Assembly: GCF_032444005.1 (NCBI RefSeq)
Contig: NC_091282.1
Coordinates: forward strand, 1,134,228,001-1,134,292,000
DNA from: Ranitomeya imitator
Taxonomy: Eukaryota
Length of the DNA: 64,000 nt
Direction of reading: 5' to 3'
Part shown: piece by piece, positions 52,063 through 64,000 of the stretch
Layout of the letters: every line of letters begins with the position of its first letter
Position numbering within the stretch: the stretch's first letter is position 1
Translations under genes and position numbers: made by a program
Notes under the pieces: model-generated
What the model saw: the letters and a program-made list of their open reading frames with translations, nothing else
Databases searched by the model: none
What the model was told of the DNA's origin: nothing

Positions 52063-53159
52063 CCATATACACTCGAGTATAAGCCGACCCGAGTATAAGC
52101 CGAGGTGCCTAATTTTGCCACAAAAAACTTGGCATACTTATTGACTCGTGTATAACACTAGGGTGGAAAATGCAGCAGCTACTGGTAAATTTCAAAAATA
52201 AAAATAGATACCAATAAAAGTAAAATTAATTAAGACATCAGTAGGTTAAATGTTTTTGAATATCCATATTGAATCAAGAACCCCATAAGATGATCCATAC
52301 AAAATAAGCCCCATATAATGCTCCATAAAGTTCATGATGGGCCCCATAAGATGCTCCATACAAAAATATGCCCCATATAATCCTGCATAAAGGTTAATGA
52401 TGGCCCCATAAGATGCTCCATAGAAAAATATGCCCCATATAATGCTGCACAAAGGTTAATGATGGCCCCATAAGATGCTCCATATTAAAATATGCCCCAC
52501 ATAATGCTCCATAAAGGTTAATGATGGCTCCATAAAGTGCTCCATATTAAAATATGCCCCATATAACGCTGCACAAAGGATAATGATGGCCCCATCTTAT
52601 GATGCTCCATAGAAAATGTGCCCCATATCATGCTCATCGTATAAGTGCAGTTTATTATGATATGATTACTGTATATCTGCTGCTGCAATACAAAAGAAAA
52701 AAATTGCATACTCACCTCTCGTTGCTGCCCGCTGCTCCTCAGCGTAGCTGGGTCTCTGCAGTGACTGTTCAGGCAGAGGGCACACACTAACCACATCATC
52801 GCACCCTCTGATCTGAACGTCACAGCCAGACCAGGAAGACACAGCGTGGCGGTGGAACGGGGACATATGAATATCGCAAGTGTCAGTGTCCTGAGCAAGT
52901 GGAGGCACAGGCACCTGGCCCCCATAGCGCGCTGGTGTCCCCGCCTGCTCAGGACATCGGCACTTGCCCCGGTGCCAACGCTGACCCCTGGCCCTGTCAG
53001 CAGCCACCGGAACACTTACTGAGGCTGCAGGGAAGCGCGGACATGTTCTGGAGATGCCGGGGACCTTCTCACTGGGACCGTGATTCATGTATAAGCCGAG
53101 GGGGGTCTTTTTCAGCCAAAAAAGGGGCTGAAAAACTCAGCTTATACACAAGTATATGG
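52063..53159. mobile_element. pogo-like MITE with internal ~63-bp minisatellite
   Basis: TA|CCATATACACTCGAGTATAAG...CTTATACACAAGTATATGG. Tandem ccccataagatgctccata...ttaatgatgg units at ~52290-52640. Confidence 0.82.
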
Positions 53160-54389
53160 AAGGGGATGAGGAAACCAGCCCTTTAAGAATTGGTTATGTT
53201 ACATGTGTTGGACAAATTTATTATGCTACTGCTACATTATTATGTGTATTACCATTCCCCAGATGCGTGTTTGTTGGTACTGCTACACTACTTTGTGTAT
53301 TACCATGTCATACATATTGCTAATGTTCTTTTTCCCTTCTTTGTGTCTGTTGAATAGAGAAACTGTAGTGATGGAGTTTGGCCACTAGATGGGGGCATCA
53401 TGTAGTTAGTTACTAGTTAATGTAGGAGGGGTTGGCAGCAGGATAGAGAGGGGGAACTTCCTCATTTAGATCGTAGGAGCCTGGGTGCCCAGCAGTCCAT
53501 ACAGGCTTAATTGCCCTGGGACACTAGCTTCCACCGTGCAATGTTGTGCAAGGAAGAGCCCAGCTATTGATGGCATCGTTAGAGAACAGCGAGGTGTTAT
53601 GATAGGCAATTCAGTACCACAATGGACATAGCGGTCAGAGCACATACAGTGATCTGACAATAACCCAAAATCATAGAACGAGCTCTGAGACGTGGGAACT
53701 CTGCAGACCGCAATCCCTAATCCTCTCCAAACAACACTAGAGGCAGCCGTGGATTGCGCCTAACTCTGCCTATGCAACTCGGCACAGCCTGAGAAACTAA
53801 CTAGCCTGAAGATAGAAAATAAGCCTACCTTGCCTCAGAGAAATACCCCAAAGGAAAAGGCAGCCCCCCACATATAATGACTGTGAGTAAGATGAAAAGA
53901 CAAACGTAGGGATGAAATAGATTCAGCAAAGTGAGGCCCGACTTTCTTAACAGAGCGAGGATAGGAAAGATAACTTTGCGGTCTACACAAAACCCTAAAG
54001 GAAACCACGCAAAGGGGGCAAAAAGACCCTCCGCACCGAACTAACGGCACGGAGGTACACCCTTTGCGTCCCAGAGCTTCCAGCAAAACAATTAGACAAG
54101 CTGGACAGAAAAAACAGCAAACAAATAGCAAAGAAGAACTTAGCTATGCAGAGCAGCAGGCCACAGGAATGATCCAGGGAAAAACAAGTCCAACACTGGA
54201 ACATTGACAGGAAGCTAGGATCAAAGCATTAGGTGGAGTTAAGTAGAGCAGTACCTAACGACCTCACCACATCACCTGAGGTAGGAAACTCAGAAGCCGC
54301 AATACCACTTACCTCCACCAACAGAAGCTCACAGAGAGAATCAGCCAAAGTACCACTTGTGACCACAGGAGGGAGCTCTGCCACAGAAT

Positions 54390-57300
54390 TCACAACATTA
54401 CCCCCCCTTGAGGAGGGGTCACCGAACCCTCACCAGAGCCCCCAGGCCGACCAGGATGAGCCACATGAAAGGCACAAACAAGATCGGGAGCATGGACATC
54501 AGAGGCAAAGACCCAGGAATTATCTTCCTGAGCATAACCCTTCCACTTAACCAGATACTGGAGTTTCCGTCTTGAAACACGAGAATCCAAAATCTTCTCC
54601 ACAATATACTCCAACTCCCCCTCCACCAAAACCGGGGCAGGAGGGTCAACAGATGGAACCATAGGTGCCACGTATCTCCGCAACAATGACCTATGGAATA
54701 CATTATGTATGGAAAAGGAATCTGGAAGGGTCAGACGAAAAGACACAGGATTAAGAACCTCAGAAATCCTATACGGACCAATGAAACGAGGTTTAAACTT
54801 AGGAGAGGAAACCTTCATAGGAATATGACGAGAAGATAACCAAACCAGATCCCCAACACGAAGTCGGGGACCCACACAGCGTCTGCGATTAGCAAAACGT
54901 TGAGCCCTCTCCTAGGACAAGGTCAAATTGTCCACTACATGAGTCCAAATCTGCTGCAACCTGTCCACCACAGTATCCACACCAGGACAGTCCGAAGACT
55001 CAACCTGTCCTGAAGAGAAACGAGGATGGAACCCAGAGTTGCAGAAAAATGGCGAAACCAAGGTAGCCAAGCTGGCCCGGTTATTAAGGGCGAACTCAGC
55101 CAAAGGCAAAAGGACACCCAGTCATCCTGATCAGCAGAAACAAAACATCTCAGATATGTTTCCAAGGTCTGATTGGTTCGTTCGGTCTGGCCATTAGTCT
55201 GAGGATGGAAAGCCGAGGAAAAAGACAAGTCAATGCCCATCCTACCACGAAAGGCTCGCCAAATCCTCAAAACAAACTGGGAACCTCTGTCAGAAAGATA
55301 TTCTCTGGAATACCATCTAAACGAACCACATGCTGGAAGAACAATGGCACCAAATCAGAGGAGGAAGGCAATTTAGACAAGGGTACCAGATGGACCATCT
55401 TAGAAAAGCGATCACAGACCACCCAAATGACTGACATCTTTTGAGAAACGGGAAGATCTGAAATAAAATCCATAGAGATATGTGTCCAAGGTCTCTTCGG
55501 GACCGGCAAGGGCAAAAGCAACCCACTGGCACGAGAACAGCAGGGCTTAGCCCGAGCACAAATCCCACAGGACTGCACAAAAGTACGCACATCCCGTGAC
55601 AGAGATGGCCACCAAAAGGATCTAGCCACTAACTCTCTGGTACCAAAGATTCCAGGATGACCAGCCAACACCAAACAATGAACCTCAGAGATAACTTTAT
55701 TCGTCCACCTATCAGGGACAAACAGTTTCTCCGCTGGACAACGATCAGGTTTATTAGCCTGAAATTTTTGCAGCACCCGCCGCAAATCAGGGGAGATGGC
55801 AGACACAATTACTCCCTCCTTGAGGATACCCGCCGGCTCGGACAAACCCCGGAGAGTCGGGCACAAAACTCCTAGACAGAGCATCCGCCTTCACATTTTT
55901 AGAGCCCGGAAGGTACGAAATCACAAAGTCAAAACGGGCAAAAAACAGCGACCAACGAGCCTGTCTAGGATTCAACCGCTTGGCAGACTCGAGATAAGTC
56001 AAGTTCTTATGATCAGTCAATACCACCACGCGATGCTTAGCTCCTTCAAGCCAATGACGCCACTCCTCGAATGCCCACTTCATGGCCAGCAACTCTCGGT
56101 TGCCCACATCATAATTACGCTCAGCAGGCGAAAACTTCCTGGAAAAAAAAGCGCATGGTTTCATCACTGAGCAATCAGAACCTCTCTGCGACAAAACAGC
56201 CCCTGCTCCAATCTCAGAAGCATCAACCTCGACCTGGAACGGAAGAGAAACATCTGGTTGACACAACACAGGGGCAGAAGAAAAACGACGCTTCAACTCC
56301 TGAAAGGCTTCCACAGCAGCAGAAGACCAATTGACCACATCAGCACCCTTCTTGGTCAAATTGGTCAATGGGTTAGCAATACTAGAAAAATTGCAGATGA
56401 AGCGACGATAAAAATTAGCAAAGCCCAGGAACTTTTGCAGACTTTTCAGAGATGTCGGCTGAGTCCAATCATGGATGGCTTGGACCTTAACAGGATCCAT
56501 CTCGATAGTAGAAGGGGAAAAGATGAACCCCAAAAATGAAACCTTCTGCACACCAAAGAGACACTTTGATCCCTTCACAAACAAAGAATTAGCACGCAGG
56601 ACCTGAAAAACCATTCTGACCTGCTTCACATGAGACTCCCAATCATCCGAGAAGATCAAAATGTCATCCAAGTACACAATCAGGAATTTATCCAGGTACT
56701 CTCGGAAGATGTCATGCATAAAGGACTGAAACACTGATGGAGCATTGGCAAGTCCGAATGGCGTCACTAGATACTCAAAATGACCCTCGGGCGTATTAAA
56801 TGCAGTTTTCCATTCATCGCCTTGCTTAATTCGCACCAGATTATACGCACCACGAAGATCTATCTTGGTGAACCAACTAGCCCCCTTAATCCGAGCAAAC
56901 AGATCAGATAACAATGGCAAGGGGTACTGAAATTTAACCGTGATCTTATTAAGAAGGCGGTAATCTATACAAGGTCTCAGCGAACCATCCTTCTTGGCTA
57001 CAAAAAAGAACCCTGCTCCTAATGGCGATGATGACGGGTGAATATGCCCCTTTTCCAGGGATTCCTTCACATAACTGCGCATAGCGGTGTGCTCAGGCAC
57101 GGATAAATTAAACAGTCGACCTTTTGGGAATTTACTACCAGGAATCAAATTGATAGCACAATCACAATCCTTATGCGGGGGTAGGGTATCGGACTTGGGC
57201 TCATCAAATACATCCCGGTAATCAGACAAGAACTCTGGTACCTCAGAAGGGGTGGATGACGAAATTGACAGAAATGGAACATCACCATGTACCCCCTGAC

Positions 57301-58456
57301 AACCCCAGCTGGACACCGACATGGATTTCCAATCTAATACTGGATTATGGACTTGTAGCCATGGCAACCCCAACACGACCACATCATGCAGATTATGCAA
57401 CACCAGAAAGCGAATATCCTCCTGATGTGCAGGAGCCATGCACATAGTCAGCTGGGTCCAGTACTAAGGCTTATTCTTGGCCAAAGGTGTAGCATCAATT
57501 CCTCTCAATGGAATAGGACACTGCAAGGGCTCCAAGAAAAACCCACAACGCTTAGCAAACTCCAAGTCCATCAAATTCAGGGCAGCGCCTGAATCCACAA
57601 ATGCCATGACAGAATACGATGACAAAGAGCAGATCAAGGTAACGGACAGAAGAAATTTTGACTGTACCGTACCAATGGTGGCAGACCTAGCGAACCGCTT
57701 AGAGCGCTTAGGACAGTCAGAGATGGCATGAGTGGAATCACCACAGTAGAAACACAGACCATTCAGACGTCTGTGTTCTTGCCGTTCAACTCTGGTCAAA
57801 GTCCTATCGCACTGCATAGGCTTAGGTTTAATCTCAGGTAATACCGCCAAATGGTGCACAGATTTACGCTCACGCAAGCGTCGACCGATCTGAATGGCCA
57901 AAGACATAGACTCATTCAGACCAGCAGGCATAGGAAATCCCACCATGACATCCTTAAGGGCTTCAGAGAGACCCTTTCTGAAAATCGCTGCAAGCGCAGC
58001 TTCATTCCATTGAGTGAGTACGGACCACTTTCTAAATTTCTGACAATATACCTCTATCTCATCCTGACCCTGACACAAAGCCAGCAAATTTTTCTATGCC
58101 TGATCCACTGAATTAGGCTCATCGTACAGCAATCCGAGCGCCAGGAAAAACGCATCAATATTACTTAATGCAGGATCTCCTGGCGCAAGGGAAAATGCCC
58201 AGTCTTGAGAGTCGCCACGCAAAAAAGAAATAATAATTCTCACTTGTTGAGCTGGGTCACCAGGGGAGTGAGGTTTCAAGGCCAGAAACAGTTTGCAATT
58301 ATTTTTGAAATTCACAAACTTGACTCTATCACCATAAAACAAATCAGGAATAGGAATTCTTGGTTCAAACATAGACTTCTGAACCACCAAATCTTGAATC
58401 TTTTGTACATGTATAACGAGATTATCCATTGAAGAGCACAGACCCTGAATGTCCAT
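54390..58456 (-). pseudogene. gag-pol polyprotein (Gag, zinc knuckle, protease, RT, RNase H, integrase, chromodomain), two nonsense codons and frameshifts in integrase
   Basis: CFYCGDSTHAISDC, FVDSGA, YLDD, DASEIG, H...GHPG...C..C, WTHISMDF and VKWKGY. ORFs 58094-58519, 57464-58087 and 55787-57445 are all in one frame. Confidence 0.93.
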
Positions 58457-58579
58457 GTCCACACCTGTGTCCTGAACCACCCAAATGTCTAGGGGAAAAA
58501 AAGGCAAAACACAGTGCAAAGAAAAAAAAATGGTCTCAGAACTTCTTTTTTCCCTCTATTGAGAATCATTAGTACTTTA

Positions 58580-58589
58580 GGCTTCCTGT
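58580..58589 (-). promoter_or_regulatory. Non-tRNA primer-binding site ACAGGAAGCC (candidate self-priming site)
   Basis: Starts 2 nt after the 5' LTR and lacks the TGG of tRNA PBSs. It is the exact complement of GGCTTCCTGT in the same LTR (59213-59204). Confidence 0.8.
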
Positions 58590-60229
58590 ACTGTTATGAT
58601 AGGCAATTCAGTACCACAATGGACATAGCGGTCAGAGCACATACAGTGATCTGACAATAACCCAAAATCATAGAACGAGCTCCGAGACGTGGGAACTCTG
58701 CAGACCGCAATCCCTAATCCTCTCCAAACAACACTAGAGGCAGCCGTGGATTGCGCCTAACTCTGCCTATGCAACTCGGCACAGCCTGAGAAACTAACTA
58801 GCCTGAAGATAGAAAATAAGCCTACCTTGCCTCAGAGAAATACCCCAAAGGAAAAGGCAGCCCCCCACATATAATGACTGTGAGTAAGATGAAAAGACAA
58901 ACGTAGGGATGAAATAGATTCAGCAAAGTGAGGCCCGACTTTCTTAACAGAGCGAGGATAGGAAAGATAACTTTGCGGTCTACACAAAACCCTAAAGGAA
59001 ACCACGCAAAGGGGGCAAAAAGACCCTCCGTACCGAACTAACGACACGGAGGTACACCCTTTGCGTCCCAGAGCTTCCAGCAAAATAATTAGACAAGCTG
59101 GACAGAAAAAACAGCAAACAAATAGCAAAGAAGAACTTAGCTATGCAGAGCAGCAGGCCACAGGAATGATCCAGGGAAAAACAAGTCCAACACTGGAACA
59201 TTGACAGGAAGCCAGGATCAAAGCATTAGGTGGAGTTAAGTAGAGCAGTACCTAACGACCTCACCACATCACCTGAGGTAGGAAACTCAGAAGCCGCAAT
59301 ACCACTTTCCTCCACCAACAGAAGCTCACAGAGAGAATCAGCCGAAGTACCACTTGTGACCACAGGAGGGAGCTCTGCCACAGAATTCACAACAGCGAGG
59401 CAAGTAATACAGTGGGAAAGCACAAAGGCAGAGACAGTATGGGAGGCACAGTTGGCTTCATCATGTGGCAGCTTATAGCCTGGGTGGATGTCCTCAGCAT
59501 TGGGGAGAAATGGTTGCAAAGTAAATCACTTGACATAGCGGACACAGAGCTGGAGTGTGCTGAGTCAAAGTGTAGTACTGGAGGACAGATCACTAACTAA
59601 ATGTCAGCTAGCTGCGGAGACAGTAACTCCTTTGTCCAGTACAAAACAGTTCAAGAAGGGACTGACCGCTGTGGAGCTGGATTGGCAGGACTTAGAAGAG
59701 ACCTGTGGTACGGTCCGTCTCGAGCACGTACAGAGTGAGGGGAAGGAGATGAAAGGGAAATAAGCTAATCAATCTAATGGCGTTCTCACTGATGATGCTG
59801 TAAGAATTGTAAATGTGCTGAAGAAAAGTAAAGTTATTTGTTTGAAAATTCAACCAGACTGTGTCTCCATTGTTATATGACCCACTGATACAGGCTCACA
59901 AGAAGAAAGGAGTGATCCTGATGGTGAGGAAGAGAGAGATGCAGGTACATGTGAAGAAGGACAGAGTGTGCATGTTTTGAGAGGCCAGGGCACCGAGGTA
60001 CCAGAGAGTTTAGCCACGACGACAGCCCTGGCCCAGCTCTCTACATATATATGGTAAATAATATTATTTACCACATGTGTACTTTACATCTGCATAATTT
60101 TTGAAACATTATTTTTTTATTAGGGAGATAGAAGGCTTAAAAGTTGTTCAATATTTAGAAAATTATTTTTTTTAGGGACCAAATCACATTTGAAGTGACT
60201 TGGAGGGCCTATGTGACAGAAAATACCCA

Positions 60230-62050
60230 AAGTGACGCCATTCTAAAAACTGCATCCCTCAAAGTCCTCAAAACTACATTCAAGAAGTGTGTTAACCCTT
60301 CATGTGATTCACAAGAATTAATGCAATGTGAAAGGAAAAAATAAACATTTTACTTGTTTTCATAAAAAAGTATGATGAGCCTAAACAGAGAAAATCCCCC
60401 ACAAGTGACCCCATTTTGGAAACTAGACCCCTCGAGGAATGCATCTAGATGTAAGTTGAGCACCTTCTACCCCTGGGTGCTTCACAGAAGTTTATAACAT
60501 AAAGCCATGAACATAAAAAAGTCATATTTTTCCCACAAAAATGTTCTTTTTGCCCTAATTTTTTTTATTTTCACAAGGGTAACAGGAGAAATTGCACCAT
60601 AAAATTTGTTGTGCATTTTCTCCTGAGTACGCCGATACCCATATGTGGGAGAAATCTACTGTTTAGGCGCATGGCAGGGCTCGGAACAGAAGTAGGACTA
60701 TTTGATTTTTTTAACGCAAAATTGGCTAGAATAGTTAGCAGAAGCTATGTTGGGTTTTGCAGAGCCCTGTTGTGCCTAAACAGTAGAAACGCCCCACAAA
60801 TGATGACATTTTGGAAATTAGACCCCTCAAGGAATTTATCTAGACATGTGGTGGCTTGGGTACTTTGAACCTGCAGGTGCTTCACACAAGTTTATGATGT
60901 TGAACTGTGAATATGAAAAAATATGTTTTTCCCGGAAAAATTTTGGTTTTGCACCAAATTTTTAATTTTTCACAAGGGTAACAGTAGCAAAATGTACCCT
61001 ACAATTGGTTCAGCAATTTCTCCCGAGTACACCAATACCACATACTGTATGTGGTTGAAAACTACTTTTGAGACACAGTGCAAAGCTCAGGAAGCAAAAA
61101 ATATCATGTTGGAGTTCAGATTTTGCTGGAATGGTTTGAGGGTGCCATATCACATTGGCAGAGCCCCTGAGGTGCCAGAACAGTGGAAACCCCCCATATG
61201 TGATTTAATTTTACAAGCTACATCTCTCAATGAATTCATCTAGGGGTGCAGTGAGCATGTTGACACCACATGTGTCTCACAGAAATTTATACCAATGGGC
61301 AGTGAAGAAAGAATAATTACATTTTTACCACTAAAATGTTGTTTAGCCCCAATTTTTTTATTTTTAGAAAGGCTAATAGGATAAAATTGAAGTCTAAGTT
61401 TGTTGTGCAATTTCTCCTGAGTACACCAATAACATTCATGTATTCGGGAACTACCTTCAAGTCACAGTACAAAACTCAGAAGGGAAGGAGCGCCATAACT
61501 TGGTGCAGAGTTTACTGCTATGGTTTGCAGGTGCCATGTCCCAATCGGAGAGCCCCTGAGGTGCCAGAACAGCATAAACAACCCCCCATAAGTGACCCAA
61601 TTTTACAAACTACACCTCTCAATGAATTCATATAAGGGTTCAGTAATTACATTGACACCACAGTTGTTTTACAGAGTTTTATACCATTGGATACTGAAGA
61701 AAAAATAATTACATTTTTGACACAAACATATTGTTGTAGCCTCAGATTTTACATTTGCACATGGGGAGATTACAGCCAAATTTGTCAATTTCTGCTGAAC
61801 ATGGATATACCCCATATATGGCTGTACAATACTGCTTAGCCACATGGTGAGACTCGGGAAGGACGGAACGCCATTTGCTTCCTGGAGCGCATATTTTCCT
61901 ACAACAGACTTCATATACAGAGCCCCTAAGTGCTAGAAGAGCAGGATATCCCCTCAAGTGACCCCATTTTGGAAATTATACCCCTTTGTGAACTTATCTA
62001 CATGTGTAGTGATGATTTGACTCCATGGGTCTTTTGCAGAAATAAGCAGC
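60230..62050. repeat. Degenerate ~395-bp tandem array (~4.5 units) inside a large non-autonomous element
   Basis: tttctcctgagtac-like motif at 60617, 61017, 61411 and 61789. gtgaccccattttggaaa-like motif near 60403, 60799, 61197, 61591 and 61957. Confidence 0.75.
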
Positions 62051-63413
62051 AGTAGTGCCTATACATTGTAGTGTGCAGTACTTTGTAGTGCCCAGTACGT
62101 TATGCTATAGAAATGCCAAACATGTTGATGCTACACGTGGTTTAGTCACACTGTGGGGCGGCTCAGAAGTAAAAGGGGAATTTGGATTTGGGAGTGCAGA
62201 ATTCTCTGGATTTCTTTTGGGGTGGTGAAGAGCCATAGCGCTTTTCCAGAACCTTTGTACTACCAGCAACGTGGAAGCCCCCTTAATTTCCATTAACAAA
62301 TGACAGACCTGAGTGAGGACTTCCTTTTTGGGGAGACTGAGTTGAAGCTTTTATTGGGAACATTTTACATAACATTTGGGTTCATATTTATCCAGCCCTC
62401 TACGCTGAGCAATTACTTCAGGGTTTCCATTTAAATCCCCGAATGACATGATTCAGGAGAAACTACCCAGGGAGCCATTCACTATAATGGGGCAGCAGAG
62501 TTTTTCTGTGTCTGTCTGGCCTCTGTTCAGCAGTGTCCTTCTTTTCAGAGGTGCACAAAACTGTGTCTGACAGCACTTTTATGAAAGCCTAAAAAGACGG
62601 ACACCGCTGGATTATAGACCAGACAACATCCAAAGTACAGTAACTCCATCTGCCTCATTATAGGGTATCTTCCATCAGTTTTTCTGTTTCAATAACTTAG
62701 AGATTCTCACAGAAACCCCGCTGTAAGAGCTCAGTGTGGAGCGCAGGATAAATGTGAGCCGAGCCTTACTGCGATCTTTGGGAAGTGGAACAAACCAATA
62801 GCAGGTCAAAACATGGTTTTATTTATCTTTATGCCATTCTTTGTATGGTATAAGTGGTTAGGTGACTTTATTCTTTGGGTCAGTGCGATTACAGGGATAC
62901 CAGATTTATAGCTTTTTATGTTTGTCTGCTGTCACACAATAAAAAAACGTTTTTTTTTGCAAAAAATAGTTTTTGAATGGCCATGTTTTGAGAGCTACAA
63001 TTTTTCAATATTTCTGTGAAAAAAGTCATGTGAGGGCTTGTTTTTTGTTGGACGAGATGAGGTTTGTATTGATACCATATTTGGGGACATGACTTTTTTT
63101 TATAGCTTTTTATTCTGATTTTTGGGAGTCAGAATGACAAAAAATAGCAATTTAGGAATTGTTTTTTAATTTTTTTATGCTGCTCTGCTTGTAGTAAAAT
63201 TGATAAGGCAGCTCAATTCTTTGGGTCAGTACGATTACAGCGATACCACATGTATATAATGTTTTATGTTTTGGTGTTTTTACACAATAAAAACTTTTAT
63301 AGAAAAAAATATTTTTGCATCACTTTAATCTACATTTTTTATTTTTCTGCTGATGGAGTTGTATGGTGGCTTGTTTTTTTTTGCAGGACAAGATTTCATT
63401 TTTAGTTATACTA

Positions 63414-64000
63414 CCGTATATACTCGAGTATAAGCCGACCCGAGTATAAGCCGACCCCCCTAATTTTGCCACAAAAAACTGGGAAAACTTATTGACTCGA
63501 GTATAAGCCTAGGGTAGAAAATGCAGCATTTACCGGTGAATTTCAAAAATAAAAATAGATGCTCCATACCGTTCATTATTGCCCCATAGATGCTCCATAT
63601 ACAACTGTGCTATATAGAATGCTCTGCACCGTTGATTATGGCCCCATAGATGCTCCTTATAATGCTGTGCCATATATGCTCTGCACCTTTGATTATGGCC
63701 CCATAGGTGCTCCTTATAATGCTGTGCCCCATTTATGCTCTGCACCTTTATGGCCCCATAGGTGCTCCTTATAATGCTGTGCCCCATATATGCTGTGCAC
63801 CTTTATGGCCCCATAGGTGCTCCTTATAATGCTGTGCCCCTTATATGCTCTGCACCTTTATGGCCCCATAGGTGCTCCTTATAATGCTGTGCCCCATATA
63901 TGCTCTGCACCTTTATGGCCCCATAGATGCTCCTTATAATGCTGTGCCCCATTTATGCTCTGCACCTTTATGGCCCCATAGGTGCTCCTTATAATGCTGT
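63414..64000. mobile_element. pogo-like MITE (runs off window) with 55-bp minisatellite
   Basis: TA|CCGTATATACTCGAGTATAAG, same family as 52063. Unit gtgctccttataatgctgtgccccatatatgctctgcacctttatggccccatag has a 55-bp period (63761, 63816...). Confidence 0.88.

Larger units (their letters stand above)
53595..59394 (-). mobile_element. Near-complete chromovirus (Tf1/sushi-type Ty3/Gypsy), LTR subtype A, 5.8 kb
   Basis: LTRs 53595-54397 and 58592-59394 (803 bp each, ~7 differences counted by eye), PPT 54401-54409, and perfect flanking GCGAGG at 53589-94 and 59395-400. Confidence 0.97.
53197..60045 (+). mobile_element. Possible solo LTR (~1.04 kb) split by the minus-strand chromovirus
   Basis: TGTTAC at 53197 and CTCTACA at 60045, with an AGTAAA-type signal at ~59826 and a CTCF-like motif at 53379. 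Flanks GTTA/TATA do not form a perfect TSD. Confidence 0.35.

Noticed and set aside
53585-53594. Apparent 10-bp match AACAGCGAGG at both ends of the full chromovirus
   Set aside because: The extra AACA on the right is the LTR terminus itself. Only 6 bp lie outside both LTRs, so the TSD is 6 bp and the longer match is treated as chance.
57464-57466. In-frame TAG between protease and RT as possible programmed readthrough
   Set aside because: The homologous codon in the subtype-B copy is CAG, so it is a point mutation.

Overview
Eukaryotic (vertebrate, most likely anuran) repeat-dense DNA. The style resembles a poison-frog genome, but species cannot be established from sequence alone. I found no recognisable host protein-coding gene, rRNA, true tRNA or CRISPR array. 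Most of the window is nested transposable elements: two near-identical young CR1 LINEs plus an older one, a V-SINE, L2 fragments, three Tc1 copies, a ~7.1 kb two-gene PIF/Harbinger element, and many hAT, Kolobok/T2, pogo-like, Harbinger and Helitron-type non-autonomous elements. There is also a chromodomain-bearing Ty3/Gypsy (chromovirus) family in four insertions and two LTR subtypes. The most interesting signal is in that family. The near-complete copy (53595-59394, minus strand) has no tRNA primer-binding site. Instead a 10-nt sequence 2 nt inside the 5' LTR is the exact complement of the LTR sequence 29 nt downstream of a TATA-like box, the geometry of Tf1-type self-priming. The second LTR subtype has a different 10-mer at the same position, and the family appears to make 6-bp target-site duplications. 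Other notable items are a minimal hammerhead ribozyme motif (34823-34863), a 244-bp spacer-less palindrome (5527-5770), a probable four-level nest of elements at the window start, and back-to-back poly(A) signals between the convergent Harbinger genes. All alignments and counts were done by eye.
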